DNA from: Mycobacterium leprae TN
Lineage (GTDB): Bacteria; Actinomycetota; Actinomycetes; Mycobacteriales; Mycobacteriaceae
Assembly (NCBI RefSeq): GCF_000195855.1
Contig: NC_002677.1
Location: 1,530,001 to 1,562,000 of the forward strand
DNA length: 32,000 bases
Direction: 5' to 3'
The notes under the pieces are model-generated. The model did not search any database and was not told the DNA's origin. It saw only the letters and a program-made list of their open reading frames with translations. Every line of letters begins with the position of its first letter. The first letter of the stretch is position 1. Positions 30,770-32,000 of this stretch are shown in pieces. A program made the translations under genes and the position numbers.

Positions 30770-31640
30770 ATGTCAGCGTCGTGGCTGTGATGTATGTAGC
30801 AGTGGGGCTGGTGCCGATAAACGTGACTACGCTAATCGCGGGCAAGCCCTGCCCGGCCAGGGCCGTTGGAATGTGCCACGTCGATCAGCGGCCCCGCATC
30901 TTCGCCCAGCACGCAACCGCCGGCAAGCCCGGTTAGTCCGACCGCATCGATAAGCAGCAGCGGAGCGAACGGGCCGAAATAGATCATGGTGTATAATACT
31001 GCGTAAGCGATGATTGTGGCGACCTGACTGGACCCCAGGTAGGTGAGTGCGTTCGGTAGCTGGGTGGTGATCATGCTGAGAGGTCCGGACAGGAATTCGA
31101 CGGCTAGGTTACAGAGAAAATCCAGTAACTTCTTGATTAACTTAACAATTAATTTGTTGGTTGGGTCGGGGAAACTGCTATCTGAGCCGTCGGTGGCGAC
31201 GATGTTACGGCGCGGGTGATGTCGTCCGCCTCCAGGCATTCGTTTGAGACCACTTAATAGACGCTCATCGTGGTTGTTGCCTGAACCCGCATCTCCATGT
31301 AGTCGGCTGTGTCGAATGCGAGGGGATATGGTGTTGATGCCAAAGAAATTGGTGTCGTGACCAGTGCTGTATACTAAGCATGGTTGGCTGCGAGGGCGGT
31401 GAGAGTCGGTATGCCGTTCGATGCGGAGGTGTAACCGGTGGAGGCAAGTTCGTGGCCAACCGCCTCCGCAATGGCCACTGCGGAGGCGGTCGGCCACGAA
31501 CAAAAGAACGGTCGATGGGCCGTGACGAACCGCTCTGCGCTCGGCCCCGTCTCACCTGGTTGCAGGAGAGGATACGAGAATTGGCGCGAGTTTTGTTGTA
31601 GCTTCAGTTATTTGGTCTACCAGAAGTGGTCAGGGACCGG
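30770..31640 (-). pseudogene. PPE family pseudogene (PPE37/Rv2123-like)
   Basis: Minus-strand text: HDTNFFGINTI...; SSFPDPTNKLIVKLIKKLLDFLCNLAVEFLSGPL; YAVLYTMIYFGPFAPLLL; AVGLTGLAGG. This resembles PPE37 as recalled, at the syntenic position between metH and hisE. Confidence 0.7.
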
Positions 31641-31965
31641 CACCAGTGGACAACAGCACTCAATGCACTTTGAGGACAATGCCAGTTACACCGTAGGCGT
31701 CACGTTTCGTGGTTTACCGTCCTCAAGCCACAACATATACGAGGTTAGACTAAGCTAATATCAAGGTGTCTTAGTCCAGTATGGTGGCTTTGGATGGCCG
31801 TGCCCCGAGCCTCGGGGTAGGCATCCATCGTCGGTGTGCGAGGTAGTCCCGCCTCGGGAAGGCGTTGGCCATGCTCAACGGCACGTTGTTTGCGGTTTTG
31901 CCGCTGCGCGACTGGGGGCGTATCAAGTCGACCGGTGAAACCGCCGCGACTTTGCTGGCTGGCAT

Positions 31966-32000
31966 GTGAAACAATCGCTGGCCGTGAAGACCTTCGAGGA
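31966..32000 (+). CDS. hisE: Phosphoribosyl-ATP pyrophosphatase HisE, 5' end only (truncated by window)
   Basis: GTG start followed by KQSLAVKTFEE, matching the recalled mycobacterial HisE N-terminus (QQSLAVKTFEDLF). Confidence 0.75.
   Translation, partial: MKQSLAVKTFE

Noticed and set aside
1-32000. CRISPR array, intact IS element/transposase, toxin-antitoxin or defence locus
   Set aside because: No regularly spaced repeats, transposase motifs or defence-domain combinations were seen. The only large repeat is the ansP1 duplication.

Overview
This window looks like Mycobacterium leprae (or M. lepromatosis): intact genes of M. tuberculosis type sit between long stretches of decayed sequence. 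That assignment rests on recalled family knowledge, because no database search was possible. Supported intact genes are: tRNA-Leu(CAA) (-); pdtaR, a receiver+ANTAR regulator (+); tRNA-Leu(GAG) (-); an M20 peptidase (+); a PEBP/YbhB-like protein (+); lppL, a small DUF5703-like ORF and pyrD (all -, with stop/start overlaps); a compact + strand cluster of Rv2137c-like, uppP, histidine phosphatase, DUF3090, SCO1664-family kinase-fold-like protein, cysQ and mshC; TWO near-identical ansP1-type amino-acid permeases (-); a PAC2-family protein (-); metH (+); and the first 11 codons of hisE (+) at the window edge. Recognisable pseudogenes are cydA, an adenylate/guanylate cyclase (Rv1625c type), a thiolase/lipid-transfer protein, a phosphoribosyltransferase, a REP13E12 (DUF222/HNH) element, a second HNH/DUF222 remnant, an SDR dehydrogenase and a PPE37-like gene. 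The most notable observation is a 1,551-bp direct repeat (22534-24084 and 24201-25751) that duplicates the whole ansP1 ORF. The copies appear to differ by one non-synonymous base and have different C-terminal tails. A second point of interest is a ~5.1-kb decayed island between the PEBP gene and pyrD with 13E12/HNH remnants at both ends. I saw no CRISPR array, intact mobile element or obviously novel defence system.
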